Source: the human T2T-CHM13v2.0 reference genome, Homo sapiens
Assembly (NCBI RefSeq): GCF_009914755.1
Contig: NC_060927.1
DNA: 64,000 nucleotides
Strand: one strand, 5' to 3'
Position numbers and translations under genes: made by a program. Below, in pieces: positions 16,195 to 31,764 of the stretch; the stretch's first letter is position 1; each line of letters starts with the position of its first letter. The notes beneath the pieces were generated by a model. The model did no database searches, was not told the DNA's origin, and was given only the letters and a program-made list of their open reading frames with translations.

Positions 16195-16880
16195 AGCAAA
16201 TCAAAAGAACAGTGGAATACCACCTTACATCATCAGGATGACCATGATATTTTAAAAAACAGAAAATACAAATATTGCTGATATGGAGAAATTTGAACCC
16301 TTGGGCACTCTTGCTGGGGATGCATCCACTGTAGAATATAAATGGTGCTTTTTCAAAAAATTAAACATAGAATTACCATATAATCCTGTCATGCCACCCC
16401 TGGATATATACACAAAAGAATTGAAAGCAGAGTCTGGAAGAAATATTTGTACATCTATGTCTATTGCAGCATCATTTCCAGTAGCCAAAGATAGAAGCAG
16501 CCCAGTGTCCATCAGTGGATGAATAGATACACAAAATGCACTGTATATAAACAGTAGAATATTAGTCAGCCTTAAAAGGGAAGAAAATTTGACACATGCT
16601 ACAACATAGATGAACCTTGATGACATTAGGCTATATGAGGTACCTAGAGTATTCAAATACATAGAGACAAAAAGTAGAATGGTAGTTGCTAGGGGCTGGG
16701 GGGAAAAGGAGAATGTGGAGTTGCTATTCAATGAGTATACAGTTTCAGTTTTGCGAGATGAAAGTTACGAAGACTGTCTACACAACAATGTGAATGCATT
16801 TAACACTACTAAATTGTATACTTCAAAATGGTTAAAGATAATACATTTTAAATTATGCATATTTTGCCACAATTAAAAAT
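16195..16880 (+). mobile_element. L1MB-type 3' end
   Basis: ORF2 C-terminus and 3'UTR motifs: aacatagaattaccatataatcc, gatgaaccttgatgacatta, tatacagtttcagttttgcgagatgaaag. Confidence 0.85.
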
Positions 16881-17639
16881 AACAGTTAAAAAGTCAACAG
16901 TATCTACTACAGTTGTTTTATTTAGCAATCAAGAAAAGTCTTCCTACCATGATTTGGAAACAATATTAATCTCTATGGATAGCACCATAGAAGAAGGAAT
17001 CTCTCTCCTCAAACAACCAAGAGACTAGCAGATTATATTCCCATGTTAGGAAAAAACAATTAAAACATACATAAAACCTAAAATTATCTACAAATGTAAG
17101 ATGGAAATAATGTTAGTTTCAAAATAGATTTCAGAACTTCAGTTTTAGGGGTGGTTGCATCACCTTTTAGGGTGGCTTGATCAGTGCTTGTTGTATACCC
17201 ATTAGTGTATATCCTGTAAGGAGTAAGGACGCCATTCTAAGGGTCTAAAAAGTGAGACTGAGCGATAAGGAGATGTCATGAAGATGTGACTTGACGTGTG
17301 GGTTGAATTACTAACAATGGCCTGAAGATACATTTTGATATATATTATATGTGAATTATATGTGATATATATATAATATATATTATATGATATATAATGA
17401 TACATATTATATGTGAATGAAGAATTTTGCCCTTGCTATCTTCAAAGGGTACATTGCTTAAATTCATTTTTGAGCCGGTGTTAATTAGCCATTCTGGATG
17501 GAAACATTTGAAAATGCTCAAGCCTTCTTTGGCACTATATGTTAAGCTATATAAGAGAAAAAATGTATTATAATACCAGGAGAGAAATTAGAGATCATTG
17601 TTCTGATTAAAGAAGGGGTTGATTTGATATATTATAAAA

Positions 17640-18870
<1,231 letters not shown>

Positions 18871-18949
18871 TTTGAGTGTTGTGTTTGTTTTGCCATCACT
18901 TAGGCAGGATTTACACTGACAAAAATTAAGTGCAAGTTAGACACTACAA

Positions 18950-19750
18950 CTGTGATATCTTGACAGCTGGCTTCGGAGAGGAAGGCGTAAAGGAGAGGTT
19001 GATGACTACAGTCACCCTGTGTAGCTGATGCATCCAACTAAAATTCAGGGCTTTGCAAAGTTTGTGAAGTTCTAGAGGATTGCATGAGCTCTTAAATTTA
19101 GAATCATTCCTTAAACTGTGAGAAACAAGCTACTGTTTCTCACAGACCAAGTCACTATTGGGAAACTCAGAGACAGCTAAGAATTTGGGGTTTTGGTGAA
19201 ATTATATTTCTCATCCAGGAATCTTGTTGGTCCATAAACAAAATCAGCAGAAACAAATCTGAATTTGGATGGGAGGATGGCTGTTTAGAAAATATGCCTT
19301 AAAATATTCCTAAGGATCATAGCACAGGCAATCCAACTTGGCTCTTATTAGTGTACTTGATTGCTCAGATGATGCTAGACATGCTAGAAAGCAAAATATA
19401 CTCAGACTCGAGTTTTGGGCAGAAACCAAAGAAGGCTAGTCTGGAGAAACTACTAATAAAATGTACCCAGACTGGAGTTTTGGGCAGAAACTCCGCAAAA
19501 GGCTACTCTCAGGTGTTGATATACAAATGTCCCTGATACAAATACTCATGATAGCTCATTTAGAGGAAAATTACTAGCTTGTTATGGGGCACTGATCAAA
19601 ACTACCCCTACCATGGAAGAGCACCATGATTCTTACATCAGAAATATCAATCACACTAAAAAGAAAGATGTCAGAATAAAAGAGAGAAGAAAAGGCCAGT
19701 AACATTTGTTAACAAAATGCAAGTGGCATATTCAAAATTATGAGTGAGTG
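18950..19750 (+). mobile_element. ERVL/MaLR-class pol relic (RT-connection/RNase H region)
   Basis: Translates to GFW*NYISHPGILL (cf. GFWRQHIPHLGVLL) near 19188 and FRGKLLACYGALIKT (cf. FEKQLLACYWALVET) near 19560. Confidence 0.6.
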
Positions 19751-21774
19751 CAGTATTTTTCAGGCTTCAGAGGGAAGACAGCATATACGTGGGTAGGTTG
19801 CCTCACTGACTGTAGGGCCCATCATAGAGCCCACCAGGGCTATCCATCTCTATTAGCGTGTGCTTTGAAGCTTATGATTTTCTTCTTGTTGAAGCAAAGA
19901 AGTTTGCCTGGCTTGCCAACACAAAGGACAACAATAATAAGAAAAGATGCTTAAATATTGGTAATCAGTAAAATGTTCATTTGTCCCAAAGAAATTTAAT
20001 GTGGCAGTACCAAGCACAAGCAAGGATTTGTAGAAATTGACCCCTACACGTTCCTTGTGACAGGAGATTTTTAAAAGCACTTTGGAAGAGTATCTTGCAT
20101 TATCTAAATATAACAATCGCATACTTTAAAATCCAGAATACTCTTGTACATGTTCATCAGGAAACATGGACAAGAAAGCTCATTTGCAAATGAAAAATAT
20201 GGAAGAATGTATTTAAAAAAACATATTTAGAATAATAGTTATCTCTGTAAAAAGTGAGTGGAGCATGTGATTGTGTAGCACGCACACTGGGTTTCAAGGC
20301 TACTGGTAATTTTGTTTTTCTTGAGTGATAAGGTGAGTACATAGGAGAATGTTTTAATTTAGTTAGAAAACTACACAATACACATATACATTATGTGTGT
20401 GTATGTGTTGAATACACATACACAAAGGATATTTCAGAAGTTCTAAAAATGGAATGATGTATGCCTATGGTACAGGCTGCATGCTTATTTCAGACAGCTC
20501 TCATCTGTTATAAAATCATAAATAGTCTTTATATGTAGCACTCGCTTAGGTAAACGCTTCTGAATGTTGATATAAATCATTTGATGAGACATTTATCTCA
20601 CTTCAAGAGACTAAATTGAATACCTGGCCTACTTATTGACAGGGATAGACTGTAAAAGGAGATAATCGGGCTACCTCAAATTAGACCCACTTCTGCCTTT
20701 CCCTCCAAGGGCTCTAGCCACTAGTGGTTTGTGTGAGTAGCTATGTTTCATATCAGTAACCACTTATCAACTGAGAATTTGAATTTTTATTTAAATGCGG
20801 TAAAATGGAATTCTCAACAATGGAAGGTGAAGTGAAAAATTACACAATTGCTAGCTACCTATAATAAAAGTAAAAGGTAAAATAACTGTGTCAAATAAGA
20901 GTTGGACTCTGCCTCCACATTTTAGGAACCTATGGTATCAGAAATAATGGCTCTACTTTTTCTCAAATAAACTAAACAAGAAAACAAAATGAGTGGAGGA
21001 AAATCTAAATTATATGTTCATATAGCCAAGCAACACCAAACAGAAAAAAACCAAAAACTGAGACAAGCAGGAAAAAATGAGAAGACAAGTGGTAGACTGG
21101 CAGTGGCAGAACCCAAAAGAGGAAGTTCCACAAGGAATGGGAAATGATGTGAGCAGGAGTCAGAGTGAAGCGGGAAGATCACTAAGGAGATTAAGAAAAG
21201 AAAGCAAGGAAACTCCCTAAGAGGTGTCCGGATTTAGAATGTATCAAGAAATATCACCTTCTGATAAATGCTAAGAAGATAGCAGAAGCATATCTTTGGA
21301 GCTCTACTAAAACCTCCACAAATCCTCCAAAAAAAATGGATGGAGCAACCAGGATAGCAGAACAAAACGATGGAAATAATGTGTTGAATAAGACCTGATG
21401 AATATGCATCAAGGAGACTGGGGCAAACCACCAGGTCAGCAGTGGTGTGAGAACAAAGGGAAGAAAGAGAAGACGGCTCTGAGCAATGCTAAGTCCTCAC
21501 CACTCCAAACAAAGCCCCCCCACTGGGAGTAAAGAAATTAACTGGTGGATCTGAGAACAGCAATCCAAACTGGTAGGTGAGTACAAGATTCTCTAGGAAG
21601 GACTGACCATGAGGGGTTACCTGGGACTTCACAGCTACTGAAATACTCAACGAAAGGACAGAGACTTGACAACAGAGACAGACGACTTGAAGTAAAATAC
21701 AAATTGCTTGAGGAATAAAACAGATTTGGGGTAAAAGGAAGGCAAGTTTTCGATACCATTTGAGGAAAACTTGA

Positions 21775-22545
<771 letters not shown>

Positions 22546-23129
22546 AATATTTTCATCACACCCCCAAAGAAGCAGCCCTGGAGCCATAAAATGAGAAATC
22601 CTTTTCTGGCTTAAACTTCTAAAATTATAACAAAATTCATCTGATTTAGACATAAAGAATAAAAAAGGATTACATTCAAACCCATAGTAAATACTAGAAG
22701 AATAAAAGAGGATAATGAGAATCAAACACCTGTAGGAAATGGAGACACACCGGAAAAATGTGTCATAATGCAGGGAAAACCTATAAACTAGTATTTCTAT
22801 AGGAGTAAACAGGGATTATGAAAGAAAAATAGGATATCTGGTAGAAAGATTGGAAAAAATGAGAAATAAGGACATGAAAGACAGTTAAAAGAATTTGGGA
22901 AATAATTATAAGTTAAGTTTAATAATCAGGGAAAAGATTAGAATTAACACAAGAGTAAAGAGAGATGGCAGAAAATATATTGTTTTGAATAGATGATAAA
23001 AAATAAATCAGATATTAAAAGAGAATACAAAGGAGATTTTTCAATACTGAGGTATTGGTAAAATTAGAAAATTAGTATTTTGTGGTATCTAATGAAATAA
23101 TGGAACTAGACCAGGCATTCTTAAAATAT

Positions 23130-23360
23130 GATCTGACAACTAATGGTCATCCAACTTACTCTATTTTCCAACTGCCTAACTAGATGAGGCCCAATTGTCT
23201 TCATGCACTTAAACCAAAACAACATATTGCAACAGGTTGAATGCAGAAACAGATATGAGAATTTAGCTATATTCAAACAGTCAAAATTAAAGAGTTTTAT
23301 AAAAATATAAAATAATGCTATATTTTGAAAAATATTAATTTTATAAATGTTTATGTTAAC
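23130..23360. mobile_element. hAT-Charlie (Charlie1-like) fragment
   Basis: ttgaatgcagaaacagatatgagaatttagct...attaaagagttttataaaaatataaaataatgc. Confidence 0.55.
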
Positions 23361-23379
23361 AAAATAATTAATATTGAAC

Positions 23380-24155
23380 AAATAAATTTATATTGGAATA
23401 TAACATACAACAATCTTAAGACCCACATTCTTTTCAAGCAAAAAAGGAATATTCACAAAATTGACTCTATTTTCATCCATAAAGAAAATCTCTACAATTT
23501 CCAAAGGATTGATAAAATATAGAATATGTTCTCTGACCACAATGAAATTTAACTAGGCAACTACAACAAACAGCCTCTAGAAAAACTCTATTTGCTAAAT
23601 AAGAAATGAATGTTATCTAAACCTTAAATAAAAAGAAATAACAACAGATATTATAAAATGTCTTAAACTGAATGATAATAAAAGTGTGTTACACAAAAAA
23701 CCGGGGACACTTTTAAAATAGTAATAGATGAAAATTTATAGCCTTAAAGTAATGCACTAGGAAATAAGGATGGCTCGAAGTGTAAGGAGCTAAGCGTCCA
23801 TCTAAAGATGTTAGAAATAAAACAGCAAAGAAAACTTTAATAAAAAAAGGAAAGATAATGTAGATGAAAGCTGAATAATAAACTGAAAAAAATATAAAGA
23901 GATGATTAATACATTGAAGTGTTAATTCTTTGAAAAGACTAAAAGCAAACATCTGGCAAAATGATTTTAAAAAGAGGGGAAAGGGGTTAGAAGGCATAAA
24001 TAACTTGTAACAAATTAAAAAGTAAAAGTACTTTGTCTCTAAAAGCTAGCAGGTATTAAAAAGATAATAAATTATTATGAAAAATTATGTCTGGAAATTT
24101 AGACGAAATAGGCAACATTTTAGGAAAGCATAATATTAAAAGATAGACACAAGAA
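23380..24155 (+). mobile_element. Old L1M ORF2, left part (resumes at 35525)
   Basis: Endonuclease end tctctgaccacaatgaaattt (SDHN.I) followed by colinear ORF2 sequence. Confidence 0.7.
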
Positions 24156-24848
24156 GTAACTAGTAACAGTGACATCAGCAAGATGGCTGACTAGAAGCTC
24201 CTTGTGGTCTTCATTCCCATAAAAAGAAATTCCAAAACTACAAAAAAAACTACGCTTTATCCAAAATAACTAAAGGAGCACTGGATAATAGTAAAGAAGC
24301 TGCAGAAATCTTGTAGAGCACAGAAACTCAGGATGGTCACACATGGAAGGAAAGGAGACACTTTGCCTCTGCCACCTCATTCCCGTAAGTCAGAATCAGC
24401 TTGGAACCAGAAGGGACTTCGCTTTGCAAGGAGAAGGTAAACAAGAGGACCTCACAGCGCCCATTATCATCACAGGCACCTGCATCTTCACTACTGGAGA
24501 CTCCTGTAGTCCTCGGAGGCTCTGAGCCCAGCTGGGGAAGCTCCCGAGAGTAAATGTGCTGAGCTACCCCTAGAGAAGGAACTGACACTGTGTCCCACCC
24601 TCATCCCTGTGGCCCATGCGGCCACCTCTCTGCACCATCTTAGAACCAGAGCCACTGCTAGAGTGCATCCTAATACAGAGATTAGCAGCCAACACATCCC
24701 TCCATCTCAGAGGCTAAGCTGCCACTGCACCATGCCCACTGAGTAGTGTTCCATCTCCAAGCAAAGGTAATGCTTGGAGCCTTTGCCCCTTAGAGCCAAG
24801 CTACTGCAGATCCCCTACATTCCCCTCAGCCAGTTGCTGTTGCACCCT

Positions 24849-26122
24849 CTATATAATTATATATATTTATTATATTTATTTATATTATATTTATATATAA
24901 TATTTATATTTATATTTATATATAATATTTATATATATTTTTATATAATATTTATAAATTTATTTATATATAATATTTATAAATATATGTATATATAATA
25001 TTTATAAATATATATTATATAATATATAATATATTATATAATATATAATATATTATATAATATATAATATATTATATGATATATAATATATTATATAATA
25101 TATAATATATCATATGATATATAATATATTATATGATATATAATATATAATATATCATATGATATATAATATATTATATGATATATCATATAATATATAA
25201 TATATCATATGATATATTATATATTATATAATATATTATATAATATATAATATATCATATGATATATTATATATTATATAATATATTATATATTATATAA
25301 TATATAATATATAATAAATATATATATTTATAATATATGTATTACAAATATATTATATATAATATTTATTATGTATATTATATATTATAAATATTATATA
25401 TTTATAATATTTATAATATATTATATATGATATATAAAATATTATAAATTATAAATATATAATATATATGATATATAATATATATTTATAATATATAAGA
25501 TATATAATATATATTTATAATATATAAGATATATAATATATATTTATAATATATAAGATATATAATATATATTTATAATATATAAGATATATAATATATA
25601 TTTATAATATATAAGATATATAATATATATTTATAATATATAAGATATATAATATATATTTATAATATATAAGATAATATATTATAAGATATAAGATATT
25701 ATATCTTATATATAATATATAATATAAGATATAATATATTATATATAATATATAAGATATTATATCTTATATATAATATATAAGATATTATATATTATAT
25801 ATAAGATATAATATCTTATATATTATATATAAGATATAATATCTTATATATTATATATAAGATATTATATCATATATTATATATAAGATATTATATATAA
25901 AAATAATATATAATATATTATATGTTATATATAATATATTATATTAATAATACATAATATATAAAATATATATAATTATATATTAATATATTATTATATA
26001 AAATAATATACAATTATATATTATATAGTATTATATAAAATAATATATAATTATATATACATATGTATTATATATAAATATATATTTATATATAATATAT
26101 TAATATATATATATATATATAT
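24849..26122. repeat. About 1.27-kb AT-rich complex minisatellite (19-bp and 29-bp units plus (TA)n)
   Basis: Unit tatattatataatatataa at about 25010-25110; unit tatatttataatatataagatatataata about 7 times at 25481-25675. Confidence 0.95.
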
Positions 26123-29100
26123 AATTGAGAGCTTCAACAGCAGACTAGATGCAACAGAAGAGAGAATCTGTGAACCTGAAGAAGGTCTTTTGAATTGACT
26201 TATTCAAAAGAAAAGAAAAAAGAAATAAAAGAAAGAAAAAAAGAATAAAAAATAGTGAAAGCCTACAGGACTTATGAGATACCATTAAGCAAACAAAGTT
26301 TCACATTGTGAGAGTTTAAAAGAAGGAAAAGAGATAGAGAAAGAAACAGAAAGCTTATTTAATGAAGTACTTTCTGAAAACTTCTCAAGTCTTGGGAAAG
26401 ACATGGACATCTATGAAGCTCAAAAGTCCCCAAAATACATTCAATGCAAAGAGATTTTCTCCAACACATATTAAAATCACAACATCAAAAGTCGAAGACA
26501 AAGAAAGAAGTTGAAAAGCAGCAAGAGAAAAGCATCAACTCACATATAAGGAAATCCTCATTAAATCATAAGCAGTTTTCTCAGCAGAAACCTTGCAGGT
26601 CAGAAAAGAATGAGATGATATATTCAAAGTGCTAGAAAAAAAAACTGCCAATCAAGAATACTATTCCCATCAAAGCTGTGCTTCGGAAGTGAAAAAAAAA
26701 AAAGTAGACTTTCTCAGAGAAGCAAAAGCTCAGGTTATTTGTTACCACTAGATCAGCCTTATAAGAAATGCTTAAGAGTTCTTAAAGCAGAAATGAAAGG
26801 ACAATAATTGTTATCATGTATATATATAAAAGCATAAAACTCACTGTTAGAATTAAATATGTAGTCAAATCCAGAATACTCCAGTACTACAATGATGCTG
26901 TGTAAATCATACATACATCTAGTATGAAGTCTAAAGGTCAAAAGAGTAAAAAATCAAGCTACAATAAGTTATTAAGAAACACACACTATAAAAAGATGTA
27001 AATTGTGACATAAAAACATAAATTGTGAAGGGAAGGGTAAAAGTCTGGAATTTTTTGTATGTCACAGAAGTTAAGTTGTTATCAGCTTAAAACAGTAGAT
27101 TACAAGTATGAGATATTTTATGCAAACCTCATTGTAACAAAACAAAACAAAAAACTGTAGCAGATATGCAAATGATAAAGAGAAAGGAATTTAAGCATAG
27201 GACTACAGAATATTATAAAATTATAAAGGTAGACAACAAGAGAGGAAAAAAGGGAAAAAGGAGATACAAAACAACAAGGAAAAATTAACAGAATGGCAGT
27301 AGTAAGTGCTAACCTACCAATAATAACCTTGAATGTAAATGGATTAAATTTTCCAATCAAAGGACATAGAGTGGCTGAATGCATAGGAAAACAAGAACTA
27401 ACTATATGCTGCATACAGGAGACTCATGTAAACTTTAAGAATACACATAGGCTAAAAGTGAGAGGATGAAAGAAGATATTCCATGTAAATGGCAACTACA
27501 AGAGAGCAGAAGTGGCTATACTTATATCTGATTAAATAGGTTTCAAGTCAAAATCTATCACAAGAGACAAAGAAGGTCTCTATTTAATGATAAAAAGGTA
27601 AATTAATTGTGAGGACATAACCACTGTAAATATACATGCACCCAACATTGGAGCACCTAGATACATAAAGCAAATATTAATAAATGTGAAGGAAAAGAGA
27701 GATAGCAATACAATAAAGTAGGGGCCTTCAATAAGCCTCCTTGAACAATGAATAAATCAACCAGTTAGAAAATTAATAAGGTAATACTAAATTGAATTGT
27801 ATTTTTGAACAAATGGACCTAAAACACACTTACAAAACTTTACCTCCAACAACAGCAGAACACACATTTTTCTTCAGTGCACATGAAACACTCTCCAGTA
27901 TAGAACATATGTTAGGCTACAAAATGAGTCTTAACAAATTTTAAAAGTTTGAAATTATATCTAGTACCATTTCATATCACAAAGATACAAAACTAAACAT
28001 AAATAACATGGTGAATTGTGGAAAATTCACAAATATGTGGAAATTAAACAACACACTTCTGAACAACCAATGAGTAAAGAAAGAAATCAAAAGAAATATT
28101 TAAAAATATATGGAGTCCAACAACAATGGAAACACAACGTACCAAAACCCATGAAATGTAGCAAAAGCAATTCTAAGAGTGATGTTTATATCAATCAATG
28201 CCTACATTAAAAAAAGAAGAAACATTCTAAATAAATAGCATAACATTATGCCTAAAGAATCAAAAGAACAAACTAAACCCAAAATTATCAGAAAGAAATC
28301 AAATAGAGAACAGAAAAAATACAGAGAGAATCAATCAAACCAGCACTTGATTTTTTTAAATAAAAACAAAATTGACAACCCCCTAGTTAGACTAAGAAAA
28401 GAATAGAGAAGGGTCAAATACAAAATTAAAAATGAAAGTGTAAATTTCATAATACATATCTCAGAAATAAAAAAATCATAAGGGACTATTAGGAACAATT
28501 ATATGCTGGCAAATTGGATAATCTAGGGAATTAATAAATTAATAGAAAAATACAACCTACCAAGATTGAACCAGAAAGAAATAAAAAGTCTGAACATATA
28601 AAAACAAATAGGAGATAATGAAGTTGTAAAAATCTTTCCAACAAAGAAAAGCCTAAGACCAGACCGCTTTACAGCAGAATTCCACGAAACATTCAAAGAA
28701 AACTTTAATAATTTCCAACAATTCTAAAAACTGCTGAAAAATAGAGCTAGAGGGAATGCTTTCAAACTCATTTTATAAATCCAGCATCACCTTGATTCCT
28801 AAGTTAAAAAAACACGTCACAAGAAAAGAAAACTACAGGTCAATTTATCTGATGTACATTGATGCAAAAATTATCTACAAAATATTAGCAGATGAAATCC
28901 AACAATGTATTTAAAATATTATATGACAAAGTAATATTTATCTCTGACATGCAAGGCTAATTTAACATAGGCAAATTAATCAATGTGATATATCACATTA
29001 ACATAATGAAAACTTGAAACTACATGATTATTTCAATTGATGCAAAAAAAAGCATTCAACAAAATCCAACCTTCTTTCTTAATTAAAACCTTCAACAGTT

Positions 29101-29154
29101 TAGGTATAGAAGGAAAGTTTTTCAACATGATAAATGTCATTTATGAAAACCTGT

Positions 29155-31616
29155 TGTTATGATTTGGAACTGTGTTCCCACCCATATCTCATGTTGAAGT
29201 GTAATTCCCAGTGTTAGAGATGGAGCCTGATAGGAGGTGATTGAATCATGTGGGTGGCATTCTCATGAATGGTTTAGCACCAGTCCCCCCTTGGTACTGC
29301 ATAATGAGAGAGTTCTCATGAGATCTGATTGTTTAAAAGTGTGCAGCATCTCCCCCGTCTCTCTGTTGGTCCTGCTCCTGCCATGTAGGATGCCTTTTCC
29401 AACTTTGCCTTTCAGCATGAGTGAAAGATCCTTGAGGCTTCCCCGAAGCAGAAGCTGCTGTACTTTCTACACAGCTTAGGAAATCATGAGCCAATTAAAC
29501 CTCTTTGCATTATAAATTACCCAGTCTCAGATATTTCTTTATAGCAATGCTAGAACAACCTAACACAGATAATTGAGGAATTAGGCATTGCTATAAAGAA
29601 ACCTGAAAATGTGGAAGCAATGTTGGAACTGGGTAATGGGCAAAGGTTGGAAGAGTGTGGAGAGCTTAGAAGAAAACAATAAGATGACAGAAAGCTTGAA
29701 ACTTCCTAGAGACTTGTTGAATGGTTGTGACCAAAATGCTGATAGTGATGTGGACAGTGAAAACTAGGCTAATAAGATATCAGATAGAAATAAGAAACTT
29801 ATTGGGAAGTGGAGCAGTCATTTTTGTTATGCTTTAGCAAGGAGCTTGGGTGCATTATGCCCACGCCCTAGAGATCTGTGGAACTTTGAACTTGAGAGTG
29901 ATGATTTAAGGTATCTGGTAGAAGAAATTGCTCAGCAGCAAGGCATTCAAAATGTGGCCTAGCTGCTTCTAACAACCTATGTTTATATGTGTGAGCAAAG
30001 AAATGACCAAAAACTGGAACTTACATTAAAAAGGGAAGCAGAACATAAAAATTTGGAAAATTTGCAGCTTGGCCATGTAGTAGAAAAGAAAAGCCCATTT
30101 TCAGAGGAGGAATTCAAGCAGGCTGTATAAATTTGCACAAGAAAAAAGGAGCCAAGTGCTAACATTCAAGACAATGGGGAAAAGGCCTCAAAAGCATTTC
30201 ATAGATCTTTGTGGCAGCCCCTCCTATCACAGACCCAGAGGCCTAGGAGGGAATAATGCTTTTGAGGGCCAGGCCCAGGGCCCTGCCTTCCTGTACATCC
30301 TCGAGACACTGCTCCCTGCGTCCCAGCTGCTCCAGATCCAGCCTTGGCTCAAAGAGGCCCAAGTACAGTTCAAGATACTGCTTTAGAGAGTTCAAACTGT
30401 AAGCCTCTGTGGCTTCCATGTGGTGTTAAACCTGTGGGTAAGCAGAGTGCAAGAGGTGAAGCTTGGAGCCTCTCTCTAGATTTCAGAGAATGTATGGAAA
30501 ACCTGCATGTCCAAGCAGAAGTCTGCTGCTGGGATGCAGCTCTCATGGGAAGCTCTACTAGGGCAGTGTAAAGGGCAAATATGGGTTGGAGCCCCTACAC
30601 AATGTCCCCACTGGGGCACTACCTAGTGGAGCTATGAGAAGAGGGCCATCATCCTCCAGACCCCAGAATGGTAGAATCACTGGCAGCTTGCATCATGCAT
30701 CTGGAGATGCTGCAGATGCTCAATGCTAGCCCATGAGAACAGCTGGAGGCAGGCGACAAACACTGCAAAGCCACAGGGCCAGAACTACACAAGGGCCCAA
30801 AGCTTTGGGAGCCCACACCTTGTACCAGTGTGGCCTTGATATGAGACATGAAGTCAAAGGAAATTATTTTGGAACTTTATGATTTAATGACTGACCTGCT
30901 GGGTTTTTGACTTGAGTGGGGAGTGTAGCCCCTTTGTTTTGGCCAATTCTCCCTTTTGGAATGGAAGTATTTATCCAATCTCTATATCCTCATTTTATCT
31001 TGGAAGTAACTACCTTGTTTTGTTTTTTATTTATTTTACAGGGTCATAGGCAGGAGGGACCAGCCCTTTCTCAGATAACACTTTGGACTATAGACTTTTG
31101 AGTTAATGCTGGAATGAGTTAAGACTTCAGGGGACTTTGAGAAAACATGATTGTATTTTGAAATGTAAGAAGGACATGATATTTGAGAGGGTCCAGGAGT
31201 GGAATTATATGGTTTGGATCTGTGTCCTCACCCAAATCTCATGTTGAAATGTCCCATTGCTGGAGGTGGGGCCTGGTGGGAGGTGATTAGATATGGGAGT
31301 GAAATTCTCATGAATGGTTTATTACCATTCCCCCTTATTACTATATAGTGATAGCATTCTCATGAGATCTGGTTGTTTAAAAGTGTGTAGCTCCTCTGTC
31401 TTCTCTCTTTTGCTCCTGCTCTGGCCATATAAGATGCACCTGCTTTCCCTTTGCCTTCTGCCATGAGTGTAAGTTTTCTGAGGCCTCTCCAGAAGCAGAA
31501 GCCGCTACGCTTCATGTACAGCCTGCAAAACCACGAGCCAACTAAATCTCTTTTTTTTTAATAAATTACCCAGTGTCAGGTATTTCTTGATAGCAGTGCA
31601 AGAATGGGCAAATAGA
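29155..31616 (+). mobile_element. Complete MST MaLR element: LTR 29155-29567, internal 29568-31204, LTR 31205-31616
   Basis: Two direct LTRs (t.tatg.tttgga...ctcatgttgaa...aattacccagt) flank about 1.64 kb of MST/THE1-type internal sequence. Confidence 0.92.
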
Positions 31617-31764
31617 ACCATAGTTAAAATTTTACTCAATGTGGAAAAATTGAAAGCTTCCTACTAAGACCCAGTAAGAAGCAAGGATGTCCACTCTCAT
31701 GACTTCTATTCAATAGTGTGCTGGAAATACTAGCAAGAGTACTAAAGAGAGAAAAAATGTAATT

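Noticed and set aside
16252-16731. Longest ORF in the window (159 aa)
   Set aside because: It is the antisense of an L1 3' end.
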